The notes beneath the pieces were generated by a model that searched no databases, was not told where the DNA came from, and saw only the letters and a list, made by a program, of their open reading frames with translations. DNA of 64,000 nt from Candidatus Parcubacteria bacterium (GTDB lineage Bacteria > Patescibacteriota > Minisyncoccia > Minisyncoccales > JAGMDC01): assembly GCA_023130975.1 (NCBI GenBank), contig JAGMAD010000003.1, positions 65,109-129,108 on the forward strand. The letters are read 5' to 3'. Position numbers and translations under genes: made by a program. Below are positions 15,420-26,600 of this stretch, piece after piece; positions within the stretch are counted from its first letter, which is position 1, and the number at the start of each line of letters is the position of its first letter.

Positions 15420-18400
15420 ATGGAACAAGAATATATTTCTCTTAAAAAAACAGAGGAGATTTTGACGAAAAAGAAAAAACCTTATTCAAGGGCTTATTTG
15501 AGTTTGCTTGCCCGACAGGGAAAGTTAAAAGCAGTGAAGATTGGAGTAGAGTGGATGACAACTAAAAATTGGCTTAACCAATTTTTGGGAAATCGAAAGA
15601 AGTCAAAGCGTTTAAAGTGGCAGTTTAAACATTCAGAGGTGATTTTGCCGTTGTATTTTGGTTATGGGTTGAAAATTGCTTTGGTAAAGCTTTCAAATGA
15701 TACTTTAAATCTAACATCCAAGGTTTTCAAAAAGCATTGGCAGGAGGCAGTGGCGTTGGTTTTACTGGTGGTAATGGTGAGTTCTGGATTTTGGTTCTAT
15801 CCTACAAGAACGGTTCTCGGTGCAACTTATTATTTTGTCCAGACAGACTGGTCTGGCGGTTTAGATGGAGAAACTTATCCAGTACATCCGACTAACAAAA
15901 CTAATTGGACAAAATACAACGCCAAAGATTCTGAAACTATTGCCAGTACCGAACTTGCTTTAACCACCACTTCTGACTCCTGGACCCAGACCAGCAGCGC
16001 TGATTTTAACGCCGGGACACCGAATAGTGTTTCCATAAATGAAGGGGATGTAATCTTGGCAGCAGAGTCTTTTTCTTGGTCTGCCAAATCTGCCTGGGAT
16101 ACCCCTGATATCGGAGAATATTCTGTCCCAGCCTTTGCTGATTTAGATAATGATGGTGATTATGATTTGTTGATCGGGGAGAAGAATGGAATAAATTATG
16201 GTTATGAAAACACTGGTTCAATTACCAGCCCAACCTGGTCTGCCAAATCTGCCTGGGATGTTTCTGATGATGAAGTAAATGTCGCCCCAGCCTTTGCTGA
16301 TTTAGATAATGATAGCGACTATGATTTGTTAATTGGGGAGTATTATGGAGTAAGTTATGGTTATGAAAACACTGGTTCAATCACCAGCCCAACCTGGTCT
16401 GCCAAATCTGCCTGGGATACTCCTGATGTCGGAACTTGGAGTAGGCCAGTCTTTGCTGATTTAGATAATGATAGCGACTATGATTTGTTAATTGGGGAGT
16501 ATTATGGAGTAAGTTTTGGGTATGAAAACACTGGTTCAATTACCAGCCCAACCTGGTCTGCCAAATCTGCCTGGGATACCCCTGATATCGGAGAATATTC
16601 TGTCCCATCCTTTGCTGATTTAGATAATGATGGTGATTATGATTTGTTGATCGGGGAGTATTATGGAGTAAGTTTTGGTTATGAAAACACTGGTTCAATT
16701 ACCAGCCCAACCTGGTCTGCTAAATCTGCCTGGGATACTCCTGATATTGGGAGCAGTGCCGCCCCAGCCTTTGCTGATTTAGATAATGATGGCGACTATG
16801 ATTTGTTGATTGGGGAGGCTGGTGGAGTAAGTTTTGGGTATGAAAATGCGATTACTTATTATTCTCCCGGCGATCTTATTTCCTCCTCCCAGGACCTTGG
16901 CCAGCAATCTAATTTCACTACAATTCAATGGACTGAAAATCTACCTTCAAACACTGATTTGAAATTCCAAATAGCTACTAATAATGATAATGCAACATGG
17001 AATTTTATTGGCCCTGGTGGAACTGACGCTACTTATTACACTACTGCTTCAGGAGAGAACATCCATTCTTCTCATAATGAAGACCAATATGTGAAATACA
17101 AAGCATATTTATCTACTTCTGATACTTCAGTCACGCCGACTTTATCGGATATTACTATTAACTACGAATATTATCCTAGTTCAGCTAGTTTAACTTCTTC
17201 TCCTTACGATACCTCTGATGCAGCTAATGCTTTGAGTGATATTCAATGGACAGAGAGTTTAGCCAGTAATACAAACATCAAGTTTCAAATGAGAACTGCT
17301 CCAGATAGTTCTGGTTCTCCTGATTGGGCAAATGGTTCTGGCTGGTGCGGACCATCAACCTGCGCTGCCACTAAAGCTGATGATGATTATGCCTCTGATT
17401 ATTACGAGACAACTTCTGCTGGAGAGACCGCTAATTCTGTTCATTCCACTGGCGAGAACGATCAATGGTTTCAATACAAGGTCTGGCTGGTAACCACTGA
17501 TAACGTGTCTTTTCCAACTCTATCAGATGTTACTCTAACCTATGTGGTTAACGCGCCGCCGGAATTTAATCCTGATTATCCGAGCCCCAGCGCAGGAGGT
17601 GTTTCAGCTGTTCAAAATTCAGACGGAACAGTAACCATTAATTATTCTATTAGAGACCCGGATACTACTTCAGGTTCATCAACTCCTGGCTATATTACTC
17701 CTTCGTTTGAATACTGGAATGATTCTTCATGGGTAAGTTGCACCACAATGGCTTCAGGAGATACTGATAACAAAGCAGTTGAAGAAGTAAATTATATTGC
17801 TTATTCAGCTACCTGGTATGCTAAGACAGATTTTAATAGCCAATATATGAATAATACAGCTAAGATTAAGATAACCATTAATGACAATGAAGCAGCTAAT
17901 AACACTGCCAATCAAGAATCAGCCACCTTTACTTTAGATACAAAAGACCCTGTGCCAGGCACGCCTTCAATTTCAGTAGATCCCTCTCAAAGTCCTGCTG
18001 CCTTAACCATTTCTTGCTCAGATGATTTGCAATCTACTTTACAGATGAAAATAGGTTTGGCTTCAGATTTAAGTGATGCCACTTATGAAGATTATTCCAC
18101 TTCTTCGACCATATCTTTAGTAACCGACCCAGATACTGTTTATATCCAATTCAAAGACGAAAAAGGAAATACCTCTTCTATCGTCTCTGCGACCACCCCA
18201 GAAACGCCAAGCAGTATGATAATTAGAGATGTAACAAATTTAGATACAAGCGATTTTCAATTATTTATTGCTTGGAAAGTCATCGAGGTTCCAAGTCCTG
18301 GTTTTCAACAATATATCATTTTTCGTTCTACTGATGGGACTAATTATGCTCAATTAACCACCATTGATAATCGGCTATTGAATTATTATATGGATACGAG

Positions 18401-20846
18401 TTTAAGCAGCAGTAACACTTATTACTATAAAATTAGTTCCCAGGACTCTAATAATAATATTTCTTATTATTCTTCAGTAGTCAGCGATGTTCCCAATGGC
18501 CAAGGAGGAACAGATACAACCTCTCCAACCATTTCTAATATTGCCGATAGTGCTTTAACCACCAATTCGGTTACCATTACATGGACCACTGATGAGCTAT
18601 CAAATTCCTATGTTGACCATAATACTACTCCATCTGTTGATGGTTTAGTAGCCCAAGGAGTATTAACAATGACAGAGAGCCACTCTGTTACCACAACCGG
18701 CCTAAACCCTGGAACAACATATTATTACAGGGTAAGATCTGTTGACCCTTCAGGTAATGAAGGAACAGATGACAACAGCGGTTCATATTATACTTTTAAC
18801 ACTACTGCTGGTCCAATAATTTCCAATGTTTCTACTATTGAAGTTACTAATAATACTGCCAAAATTAATTGGACAACCAATGTTTCTGCTAATTCTTATG
18901 TTGTTTATTCAACTAATTCTGATATGTCTGATTTTTCAGAATATGGAACCACTGATTTAACTACTGCTCATTCCGTGACTATCTCCAGCTTAACTCAAGG
19001 AACCAAATACTATTACTATGTTAAATCAACTGATTCAGAATCAAATACTGCTTATGATAAAAATGTTGTTGATGGAGCGATAAACTATTATAATTTTACT
19101 ACTACTTCAGATAGCACAGGACCAGTTATTTCCAATGTTACAGCAGCAATAGTAAACGATACTGGAGCTACAATTACTTGGACTACCAATGAGAATGCTA
19201 CATCTCAAGTGATTTACGGAACATCAACCTCTTACGGTTCTGAAACAACAGAGGATACTACTCTAACCCTTCAGCATTCAGTCACTCTTTCTAGTTTAAC
19301 AAAAGCAACTACTTATTATTACAAAGTGATTTCCAAAGATGCTTCAGATAATCAAGCAGAAGATGATAATTCCGGGAACAGCTATAGTTTTACAACAACA
19401 AACGAACCAGGCGAAACAGTTTATGTGGGCGGCGGAGGCGGAGGAGGATGTTCTACAGATAGAAAAGCACCTATTATTTCCAACATTATTGTTTCTGATA
19501 TCACTTTTAGTTCAGTAACAATTTCTTGGAACACAAACGAGAAAGCTGATGCATTTGTGGAGTATGGAGAAACTACTGATTATGGCAGGATTGTTGGAGA
19601 TCCAGAAGAATCTAATAAGAATCATTCAGTAAACATATCTTCCTTGTCTTCAGGAACAACTTATCATTTTAAAATATTGGGCAAAGATAGTTCTGGAAAT
19701 CTTGGTTATTCAGAAGACCAGACCTTTGCTGCTCTAGGAACGAAAACAGAATTTATAGAAGAAGTTCCGGAAGAAGAAAAAGGATTGGTAGAAAAAGCAA
19801 TAGATATTCTTAAAACACTTAGCAATCCTCATTCTTTATCTTCAGTATCCAGTGCTTTGGAAGAATCAGCTTCAAGAGTAATCGGTGCTCCTTTAATTGT
19901 CGGCGAATATCCAAAAGTAGAGATAGGAAGCGATTGGGCAAAAATTAGCTGGGTTACTGATAAGAAAGCAAATAGTTTGGTGGCTTATGCTTCAGAGGAA
20001 GAATATGATTCGTTAAAGGATGAACCATATGTAATTGTTTCAGGCGATCCTGATGAAATGACCACGATACATATTATTAAGCTCAACAATCTCAAGCCAT
20101 CTACCCTATATCACTACCAGGTTCGTTCCAAAGCTACATTTGGTGATTTGGCAAAATCAGAAGACAAAACATTCACTACTTTAGGTCTAAAACAAGAAAT
20201 ATCAGATATTACTTTAGGAGAAATTACTGATTTTACAGCTACATTGTCTTGGAATACCACTATTCCTACTCAAACCTTAATTGAATACACTAATACAAGA
20301 ACAAATCAAACAGAAACAAAAAAAGATCCCTATTTTGTTAGGGACCATCGTTCTACCTTAACCGAATTAGAGGCAAGGACCGCTTATACGTTAAAAATAA
20401 AAGCCAAAGATGAAAAAGGAAAAGAGATTGTTTCTCCAATTCTAACTTTTTCTACTGGTGATGATATTGAACCGCCAGAAATTAGCCAAACCAGAACAGA
20501 AACAGCGCTTTCTTCAAAAGGAGACAGGGTTCAATGTATTATTTCCTGGCTGACTAATGAACCATCAACAACTCAGGTTTTTTATCAAAAAGGAGTGATG
20601 CCAGCTGAGGAAATGAGTTTCACTCCAAAGGATAATACTTTAACCAAAAAGCATATTGTGGTGATTACCAATTTCAGCCCAGGAACTGTTTACAGATTCT
20701 ATGTTGAATCAGAGGATTTTTCTGAAAACAAGGCTAAATCCAAGGACTATACTATTTTAACTTCCCAGAGAAGGGAAAGTATAATTCAAATGATAATTAG
20801 GAACTTTGAGCAGAGTTTTAGTTGGATGAAACAAATGAGGTTTTAG
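15420..20846 (+). CDS. Giant surface protein (1808 aa) with four parts in order: cytoplasmic HTH, one TM helix, five FG-GAP/VCBS-like repeats, and about seven or eight Fn3-like domains
   Basis: N-terminal excisionase/MerR-like HTH (..ARQGKLKAVKIGVEWMTTKNWLNQFL). TM helix at aa 108-127. FADLDNDGDYDLLIGE repeats. Repeated I(S/T)N..V....A.I.W.T......V.Y......Y modules. Confidence 0.85.
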   Translation: MEQEYISLKKTEEILTKKKKPYSRAYLSLLARQGKLKAVKIGVEWMTTKNWLNQFLGNRKKSKRLKWQFKHSEVILPLYFGYGLKIALVKLSNDTLNLTSKVFKKHWQEAVALVLLVVMVSSGFWFYPTRTVLGATYYFVQTDWSGGLDGETYPVHPTNKTNWTKYNAKDSETIASTELALTTTSDSWTQTSSADFNAGTPNSVSINEGDVILAAESFSWSAKSAWDTPDIGEYSVPAFADLDNDGDYDLLIGEKNGINYGYENTGSITSPTWSAKSAWDVSDDEVNVAPAFADLDNDSDYDLLIGEYYGVSYGYENTGSITSPTWSAKSAWDTPDVGTWSRPVFADLDNDSDYDLLIGEYYGVSFGYENTGSITSPTWSAKSAWDTPDIGEYSVPSFADLDNDGDYDLLIGEYYGVSFGYENTGSITSPTWSAKSAWDTPDIGSSAAPAFADLDNDGDYDLLIGEAGGVSFGYENAITYYSPGDLISSSQDLGQQSNFTTIQWTENLPSNTDLKFQIATNNDNATWNFIGPGGTDATYYTTASGENIHSSHNEDQYVKYKAYLSTSDTSVTPTLSDITINYEYYPSSASLTSSPYDTSDAANALSDIQWTESLASNTNIKFQMRTAPDSSGSPDWANGSGWCGPSTCAATKADDDYASDYYETTSAGETANSVHSTGENDQWFQYKVWLVTTDNVSFPTLSDVTLTYVVNAPPEFNPDYPSPSAGGVSAVQNSDGTVTINYSIRDPDTTSGSSTPGYITPSFEYWNDSSWVSCTTMASGDTDNKAVEEVNYIAYSATWYAKTDFNSQYMNNTAKIKITINDNEAANNTANQESATFTLDTKDPVPGTPSISVDPSQSPAALTISCSDDLQSTLQMKIGLASDLSDATYEDYSTSSTISLVTDPDTVYIQFKDEKGNTSSIVSATTPETPSSMIIRDVTNLDTSDFQLFIAWKVIEVPSPGFQQYIIFRSTDGTNYAQLTTIDNRLLNYYMDTSLSSSNTYYYKISSQDSNNNISYYSSVVSDVPNGQGGTDTTSPTISNIADSALTTNSVTITWTTDELSNSYVDHNTTPSVDGLVAQGVLTMTESHSVTTTGLNPGTTYYYRVRSVDPSGNEGTDDNSGSYYTFNTTAGPIISNVSTIEVTNNTAKINWTTNVSANSYVVYSTNSDMSDFSEYGTTDLTTAHSVTISSLTQGTKYYYYVKSTDSESNTAYDKNVVDGAINYYNFTTTSDSTGPVISNVTAAIVNDTGATITWTTNENATSQVIYGTSTSYGSETTEDTTLTLQHSVTLSSLTKATTYYYKVISKDASDNQAEDDNSGNSYSFTTTNEPGETVYVGGGGGGGCSTDRKAPIISNIIVSDITFSSVTISWNTNEKADAFVEYGETTDYGRIVGDPEESNKNHSVNISSLSSGTTYHFKILGKDSSGNLGYSEDQTFAALGTKTEFIEEVPEEEKGLVEKAIDILKTLSNPHSLSSVSSALEESASRVIGAPLIVGEYPKVEIGSDWAKISWVTDKKANSLVAYASEEEYDSLKDEPYVIVSGDPDEMTTIHIIKLNNLKPSTLYHYQVRSKATFGDLAKSEDKTFTTLGLKQEISDITLGEITDFTATLSWNTTIPTQTLIEYTNTRTNQTETKKDPYFVRDHRSTLTELEARTAYTLKIKAKDEKGKEIVSPILTFSTGDDIEPPEISQTRTETALSSKGDRVQCIISWLTNEPSTTQVFYQKGVMPAEEMSFTPKDNTLTKKHIVVITNFSPGTVYRFYVESEDFSENKAKSKDYTILTSQRRESIIQMIIRNFEQSFSWMKQMRF
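16077..16871 (+). repeat. Five tandem 159-nt (53-aa) FG-GAP-like coding repeats
   Basis: TGGTCTGCCAAATCTGCCTGGGAT recurs at 16077, 16236, 16395, 16554 and 16713, an exact 159-nt period. Units are highly similar at nucleotide level by eye. Confidence 0.95.
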
Positions 20847-20855
20847 AACATAGGT

Positions 20856-22169
20856 ATGGAATCTTTAATTAAAACCGAAAATCTATCTGTGATTTATAAT
20901 TTAGGCAAGAGTTCTGAATCTCCGGCAGTTTTAGACGTTAACATAGAAATTCAGCCAGGAGAATATATTATTTTCTATGGACCTTCTGGCTGTGGTAAAT
21001 CAACTCTGCTTTATTGCATTTCTGGAATGGAAACTCCTACCAAAGGAACCATTTATATTCAAGGACGAAACATAAGCACGCTTTTGCCGATAGAAATGGT
21101 GGAAATACGAAGATTATGGATAGGAATGATATTTCAGGCATATAATTTAATTCCTACCCTTAATGTTTTAGACAATGTGGTTTTACCTCATTTATTAGGT
21201 AATTTTCAAAAAGGAGAAACTTATTCAAAAGCAGATTACCTTCTTAAAAAATTTGGAATTTCAAACCTAAAATATCACTATCCTTTAGAATTATCAGGGG
21301 GCCAACAGCAAAGAACAGCTATTGTCAGAGCATTGATGTATGATTCCCAAATTTTATTAGCTGATGAGCCAGTAGGAAACTTGGATTCAGAATCAGCTAA
21401 AATAGTGATGGGACTTTTAGACGAGATAAATAAAGAAGAGAAAAAGACCATAATTTTAGTTACTCATGACCCTCAATTATTACATCATGCCCATAGAGTT
21501 TATCATATGAAGGATGGAAAAATAATTAGAGAGGTGGTCAATTCAGAGAGGACTCAAATAAAAAGAATAAAATCAAAAGAATTGGTTTCTTCTGAATTAA
21601 TAAAAATGGCAAGAATTTTTCCATATCTTTCAGAGATTCAGCTTCGGTCTAAGATATTAGCTCACTATCTTACAGAAAGTTTAGACATAGATAAGATGCA
21701 AAGGTTAGAGAAATTTAATGAAAAGTTTATTTTAGGACATATTACTGGAGAAAAATTTTATCAGCTTTTATATTTGCCTTATGAACAAGGAGGAATAGGT
21801 TTTTATGAACCCACTGCTGAAAAGTATAGAACAAAAATAAGAAAGGTTTTATCTCAAGCTAAATTTTTGAAACAAGAACTAGAAAGAGAGAATGAGGAAA
21901 GCGAAAAAGCGGTTAGAGAATTAGATAGGTCAGTGTATTTTTTAAGAACATCTCTTTTAGATGCTTATCAAGGACAAATTTCTTTTGAGCAATTAAAGAG
22001 ATTAGATAAATTTATTGAAGGAAGATTGCTTGGAAGTGTAGAAAGAAAGCGTTTTCAAATACTTCTGGACTTATCTCTGAAAGACGGAGGAGTAGGCCTA
22101 AACAGGGCGACAGCAAGGAAATTTACTAGGAAGTTAGAAATAATTCTTTCGCAAAGTAAAAAATTATGA
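20856..22169 (+). CDS. ABC transporter ATPase (MacB/LolD-like) with duplicated ~75-aa C-terminal domain
   Basis: Walker A GPSGCGKST, signature LSGGQQQR and Walker B ILLADEP. The C-terminal ~200 aa hold two similar units (..RLEKFNEKFILGHI..GGIGF..KYRTKIRKVLSQAK and ..RLDKFIEGRLLGSV..GGVGL..KFTRKLEIILSQSK). Confidence 0.9.
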   Translation: MESLIKTENLSVIYNLGKSSESPAVLDVNIEIQPGEYIIFYGPSGCGKSTLLYCISGMETPTKGTIYIQGRNISTLLPIEMVEIRRLWIGMIFQAYNLIPTLNVLDNVVLPHLLGNFQKGETYSKADYLLKKFGISNLKYHYPLELSGGQQQRTAIVRALMYDSQILLADEPVGNLDSESAKIVMGLLDEINKEEKKTIILVTHDPQLLHHAHRVYHMKDGKIIREVVNSERTQIKRIKSKELVSSELIKMARIFPYLSEIQLRSKILAHYLTESLDIDKMQRLEKFNEKFILGHITGEKFYQLLYLPYEQGGIGFYEPTAEKYRTKIRKVLSQAKFLKQELERENEESEKAVRELDRSVYFLRTSLLDAYQGQISFEQLKRLDKFIEGRLLGSVERKRFQILLDLSLKDGGVGLNRATARKFTRKLEIILSQSKKL

Positions 22170-22170
22170 T

Positions 22171-23367
22171 ATGAAATTTATTCATTTATTTAAATTATCT
22201 ACCAGAACCTTTAGAAGCAGGACCAGAAGGACTTTTCTGACCGTTTTTGGAGTTGCTATTGGGATTGGGGCAGTTTTGTTTTTAGTATCATTAGGTTATG
22301 GCCTGCAAAAAATGATGTTAGAGCAAATTACTACTTCTGAAGCATTGTTAACTTTAGACGTGACTTCTCCAAAAGCGGAAATAATTTCTTTAAGTCCTGA
22401 TATTACTAAAGAAATTTCTGAAATTGAAAACGTTGAAGAAGTTTCTCCTTTAATAGTTTTAGGAGGGCAGGTGACTCTGGGCGATTTAACTTCAGATACT
22501 TCAATTTTTAGTTGTTATCCTTCTTATTTTAGGTTGGGTGGAATTTTCCCAAGCAAAGGAGAATTTTTTGAAAAAGAAACAGAACAAAAGATTATTTTAT
22601 CTACTGCTTTACTGAAGACATTTGATTTGGAACCAAATCAGGCAATAGGGAAGAAAGTAAAATTCAGTTTATTCCTACCCAAAAAAACAGAAGAAGTGGA
22701 AGAAATAGAGATTATCCAAAGAGAAGAAGATTATTTAATTTCCGGGATTATTGAAGACAATATCACGCCTTTTGCTTATTTACCTTTAGGAACTTTAGAA
22801 GATTTAAATTTAGAAAATTTTTCTCAAGTGAAAGTAAAAGTTTCTAATTCACAATTTATAGAAGAGGTTAGGGATAAAATAATTTCTATGGGATTTTTGG
22901 TTTCTTCTTTATCTGAAACAGTAGACGAGGCAAACAAAATTTTTGGAGCAATAAAAATAATCTTGGCTGTTTTTGGACTGGTAGCTTTATTTGTAGCTGC
23001 TATTGGATTGGCAAACACTATGACAGTAGCATTATTAGAAAGAACTAACGAGATTGGTGTAATGAAAGCAATAGGCGGCGCAGATAAAGACATTGGAAGG
23101 ATGTTTTTAATCGAATCGTCTTTAATTGGTTTTTTTGGCGGTATAGGCGGAATTTTATTAGGACAGGGAGGAGCAATGGTTTTTAATGGAGGGTTGAATA
23201 TACTGGCTCAAAGTTTAGGAGGTCAAACAGTAGATATATTTTATTCTCCGTTATGGTTTTTATTATTCATTATTATTTTTGCCACCTTGGTCGGGTTCCT
23301 TAGCGGGTTTTTTCCAGCCAGAAAAGCAAGTAAAATGAATCCATTAGAAGCGCTGAGGTATAAATAA
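22171..23367 (+). CDS. ABC transporter permease, FtsX/MacB type
   Basis: One TM helix, a ~230-aa extracytoplasmic domain, then three TM helices. FtsX-type C-terminus (NTMTVALLERTNEIGVMKAIGG...PARKASKMNPLEALRY). Confidence 0.9.
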   Translation: MKFIHLFKLSTRTFRSRTRRTFLTVFGVAIGIGAVLFLVSLGYGLQKMMLEQITTSEALLTLDVTSPKAEIISLSPDITKEISEIENVEEVSPLIVLGGQVTLGDLTSDTSIFSCYPSYFRLGGIFPSKGEFFEKETEQKIILSTALLKTFDLEPNQAIGKKVKFSLFLPKKTEEVEEIEIIQREEDYLISGIIEDNITPFAYLPLGTLEDLNLENFSQVKVKVSNSQFIEEVRDKIISMGFLVSSLSETVDEANKIFGAIKIILAVFGLVALFVAAIGLANTMTVALLERTNEIGVMKAIGGADKDIGRMFLIESSLIGFFGGIGGILLGQGGAMVFNGGLNILAQSLGGQTVDIFYSPLWFLLFIIIFATLVGFLSGFFPARKASKMNPLEALRYK

Positions 23368-23604
23368 AATTAATTCTGTTTAAACTGTCACCTTAAACAG
23401 ATTTTAAACAGACAGGGAAGACAGATTTAGCCCTTTTTATTTTAGAAAAAACAAGATCAAATAAAACAATGGACGATTTAATGCAAAAAATTATATCTTT
23501 AAAGAGACACTATTTTAGCGGTGTTTTTTTAATTTTGCTTGTTGTATAATAAGAACATAGCAAAGCTATAACCTTGATTTCTCGCTTTGCTCGAAATTAA
23601 AATA

Positions 23605-26600
23605 ATGCTCATCTACGATATTATTCCTCCATCTAAAATAATTCAACGGAATTCAAGGAGAAAGAAAATTCGGGTTTTGAATATTTTAAAGCCAACTCTG
23701 TCTTTGTGGTTGATTGTTTTGTTAATTCTCCAGATTGCGGCTGGAGTTTTGTTTTTGCCTCCGATTGAGGAAGCTCAGGCAGATGGGGAGAACTGGCTTA
23801 CGGGTTGGAGTTATAGAAGGGCGATAACGATTAATAATACAGGAACTGCGATCAGTGAGGATTTCCAGGTTATAATAGATGATTTTGACACTGCTACCCT
23901 GGTTACCGCCAGTAAGATGCGCTCTGATGGTTATGATATTCGTTTTACTCGTTCTAATGGTTCAACAGTAATGCCTTATTGGGTAGAATCTGGAATGAAT
24001 ACTTCAACAACTGATATTTGGGTTAAGATAACCGCTGATTCTGGAGTGAGAATACCTAATGGTGATTCTACAATTTATATGTATTATGGCAAGTCTGATG
24101 AAACTACTGAAGCGAGCAATGGTTCCACCACTTTTGAGTTCTTTGATGATTTTGAAGGAGCAGGAGAAACAACAGCATTCTATCCTACTGGCTGGACTAA
24201 ATCAGGAAGCAATCCATTAAAAGATTTTGGAACTTCGCAGGCTTGGTTTGGTGCATGCTATAATGATTATGATAGCAAGTTCTATTTATATTTGCAGACT
24301 GATAGTCTCCCTAATAGTACTATTGAATGTTGGAGTTTTACAAAAGCTAATGCTGAAATACCCGCTAACTGGGTAAATGAAGGAACCATATATACTCTTT
24401 CGGAAGCATGGGAAGGAAGCTGGATTGAACCACACTCAGTTATTTTTGAGACTCAGGCAATGGCAGATTCGCGGCGAGATATAGAAGACCCTGGTGGAGC
24501 ACCACATTCAGGTTCAACCCGAAAATGGCGTTTGTATTATTGTGCAGATAGTGCCGGATATGAGACAGGATTTCTTTTGGCATCTGAAACAGATATGACG
24601 AGCTGGACAGCATATTCGGGCAACCCTGTATATGTAGAAAATACATACGGCTATCCTGACTGTAAAGCAGTTGTCTATAATGACGAAGTATGGATGGTTA
24701 TTGGAGAGTACACAAAAGGAGCAGGTTGTCTTGATGCATATTTCACTCATTCATCAAACGGTATTAACAACTGGACAGATGAATCCAGCATCGGTTGTGA
24801 GTGGCTTTTAGGGCAACCAATAACAGTTGGAAACGGAATGGTAACTTTCAAACACGAAAACAGCGATACCGAACTACACGAAGGATACACGGAAGACGGT
24901 GAAAGCATTAGTTTATATTCCAGTAATCCTATAATGACTGGTAGTGGTGCCGGTGCATACGACCAACGAATTGAATGGCTTGCAGTCGCACACACAAAAG
25001 ATTACACCTCTAAAATAGATGGATATTATTATCTCTGGTATATAGGACTTGGTGCTGATAGTTCACATCACCAAATGTGTCTCGCAAAAACGCAGACAGT
25101 TACACAAGAAACAATAAAAAATTTAGATACCAATAAGTGGACAAAAAAAGCGAATGCGGATGTCACAATAAGTAATGGTATTGCGACCTTAAAATCAAGT
25201 GATGCCAGTTCCAGTGGAATATACACAAAAGTATATAGTCACTCGGCTGATGGCGTTATCATAGAATATCAAGGGAAACGGGGCACATCAGCCTCGGGAA
25301 CTCGATTTGTTGGTTCAATGAGTGATGTTAATGCTATGCACAAAGGAGCAGGTGGGTTAGGATATTACGCTTTAAATCAAGGTGTAAAATGCTGGAATTA
25401 TGCAGGAACATCTAATTATCCAACTGGCACAATTGACAACATATTTTATGATATGACAACCTATCTGAAACCTACTGAAATAGTAATAACTGGAGCGGGA
25501 TTGACAGCTACGATTGCTAATACTTTGGCATCGTATCCCATTGGCGTTGGTATTCCTGATCAAGTAGGGTGGTACATGAAGAATTTCAGAGTCCGCAAAT
25601 ACGCCTCGCCCGAGCCGAGCGCGAGCGTTGGAAATGAAACAGCATTACCAACTATCCACTTTACCTCTGCCAGTTCCAGTGGAGCGGAATCAGTTACCCC
25701 GGCTCAATTGGAATTAAGTTTATCAGGTGCTTCTGGCCAGGATGTTACTGTTGACTATTCAGCAACAGGAGGAACAGCTTCTGGAAGCGGAACTGATTAT
25801 ACTTTGGCCAACGGCACCGCCACTATTACAGCCGGCAACACCACTACCACTGTTAACATCACTATTGTAAATGATTCATTAGATGAAACCAATGAAACCA
25901 TTGAAGTGACTGTTTCTAATCCTTCTAACGCCACCTTAGGAGCTAATACTGTTCACACCTATACTATTGAAGATGATGATGACGCGCCAAGCGTGTCCTT
26001 TACCAACACGCCATATAATCATGCTGAAACAGGTAGCCAAACCATTAGCGCAACTATTAGTTCGGTTTCAGGCAAAGAAGTTTCAGTGAATTATGCCAGT
26101 TCAGACAGCACAGCCACAGCTGGCAGCGACTATACTGCAACCAATGGAACCCTTACCTGGTCTATTAGCGAAACAGGCGAAAAAACCTTTAATGTAGTTA
26201 TTCTTGAAGATGATATAGATGAAGATAATGAAACAGTAAATCTTACTCTTTCCTCTCCGTCAAATTGCACCATCTCCGGTGTTAATCCGGTTTCTCTAAA
26301 TATTACTGACAATGACACAGCCGGTATCACGGTCAATCCAACCTCCGGCCTAACCACCACTGAAGCCGGAGGCGCGGCTGGGTTTACGATTGTCTTGGAT
26401 ACCCAGCCAACCGCTGATGTTAGTATTGGTCTTTCCAGTTCAGACACCAGCGAAGGAACTGTCTTGCCCGCTTCTTTAACTTTTACTTCGGGGAACTGGA
26501 GCGTTGAGCAGAATGTTACTGTTACTGGAGTAGATGATTCTGTAGATGACGCGGATATTGGTTACACCATTGTGACTGCGGCTGCTTCCTCAACTGACCC

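Noticed and set aside
23469-23549. 26-codon micro-ORF (MDDLMQKIISLKRHYFSGVFLILLVV) in the spacer before the second giant gene
   Set aside because: It has no SD or clear promoter context, and it overlaps the predicted -10 box. It is too short to support from sequence alone.
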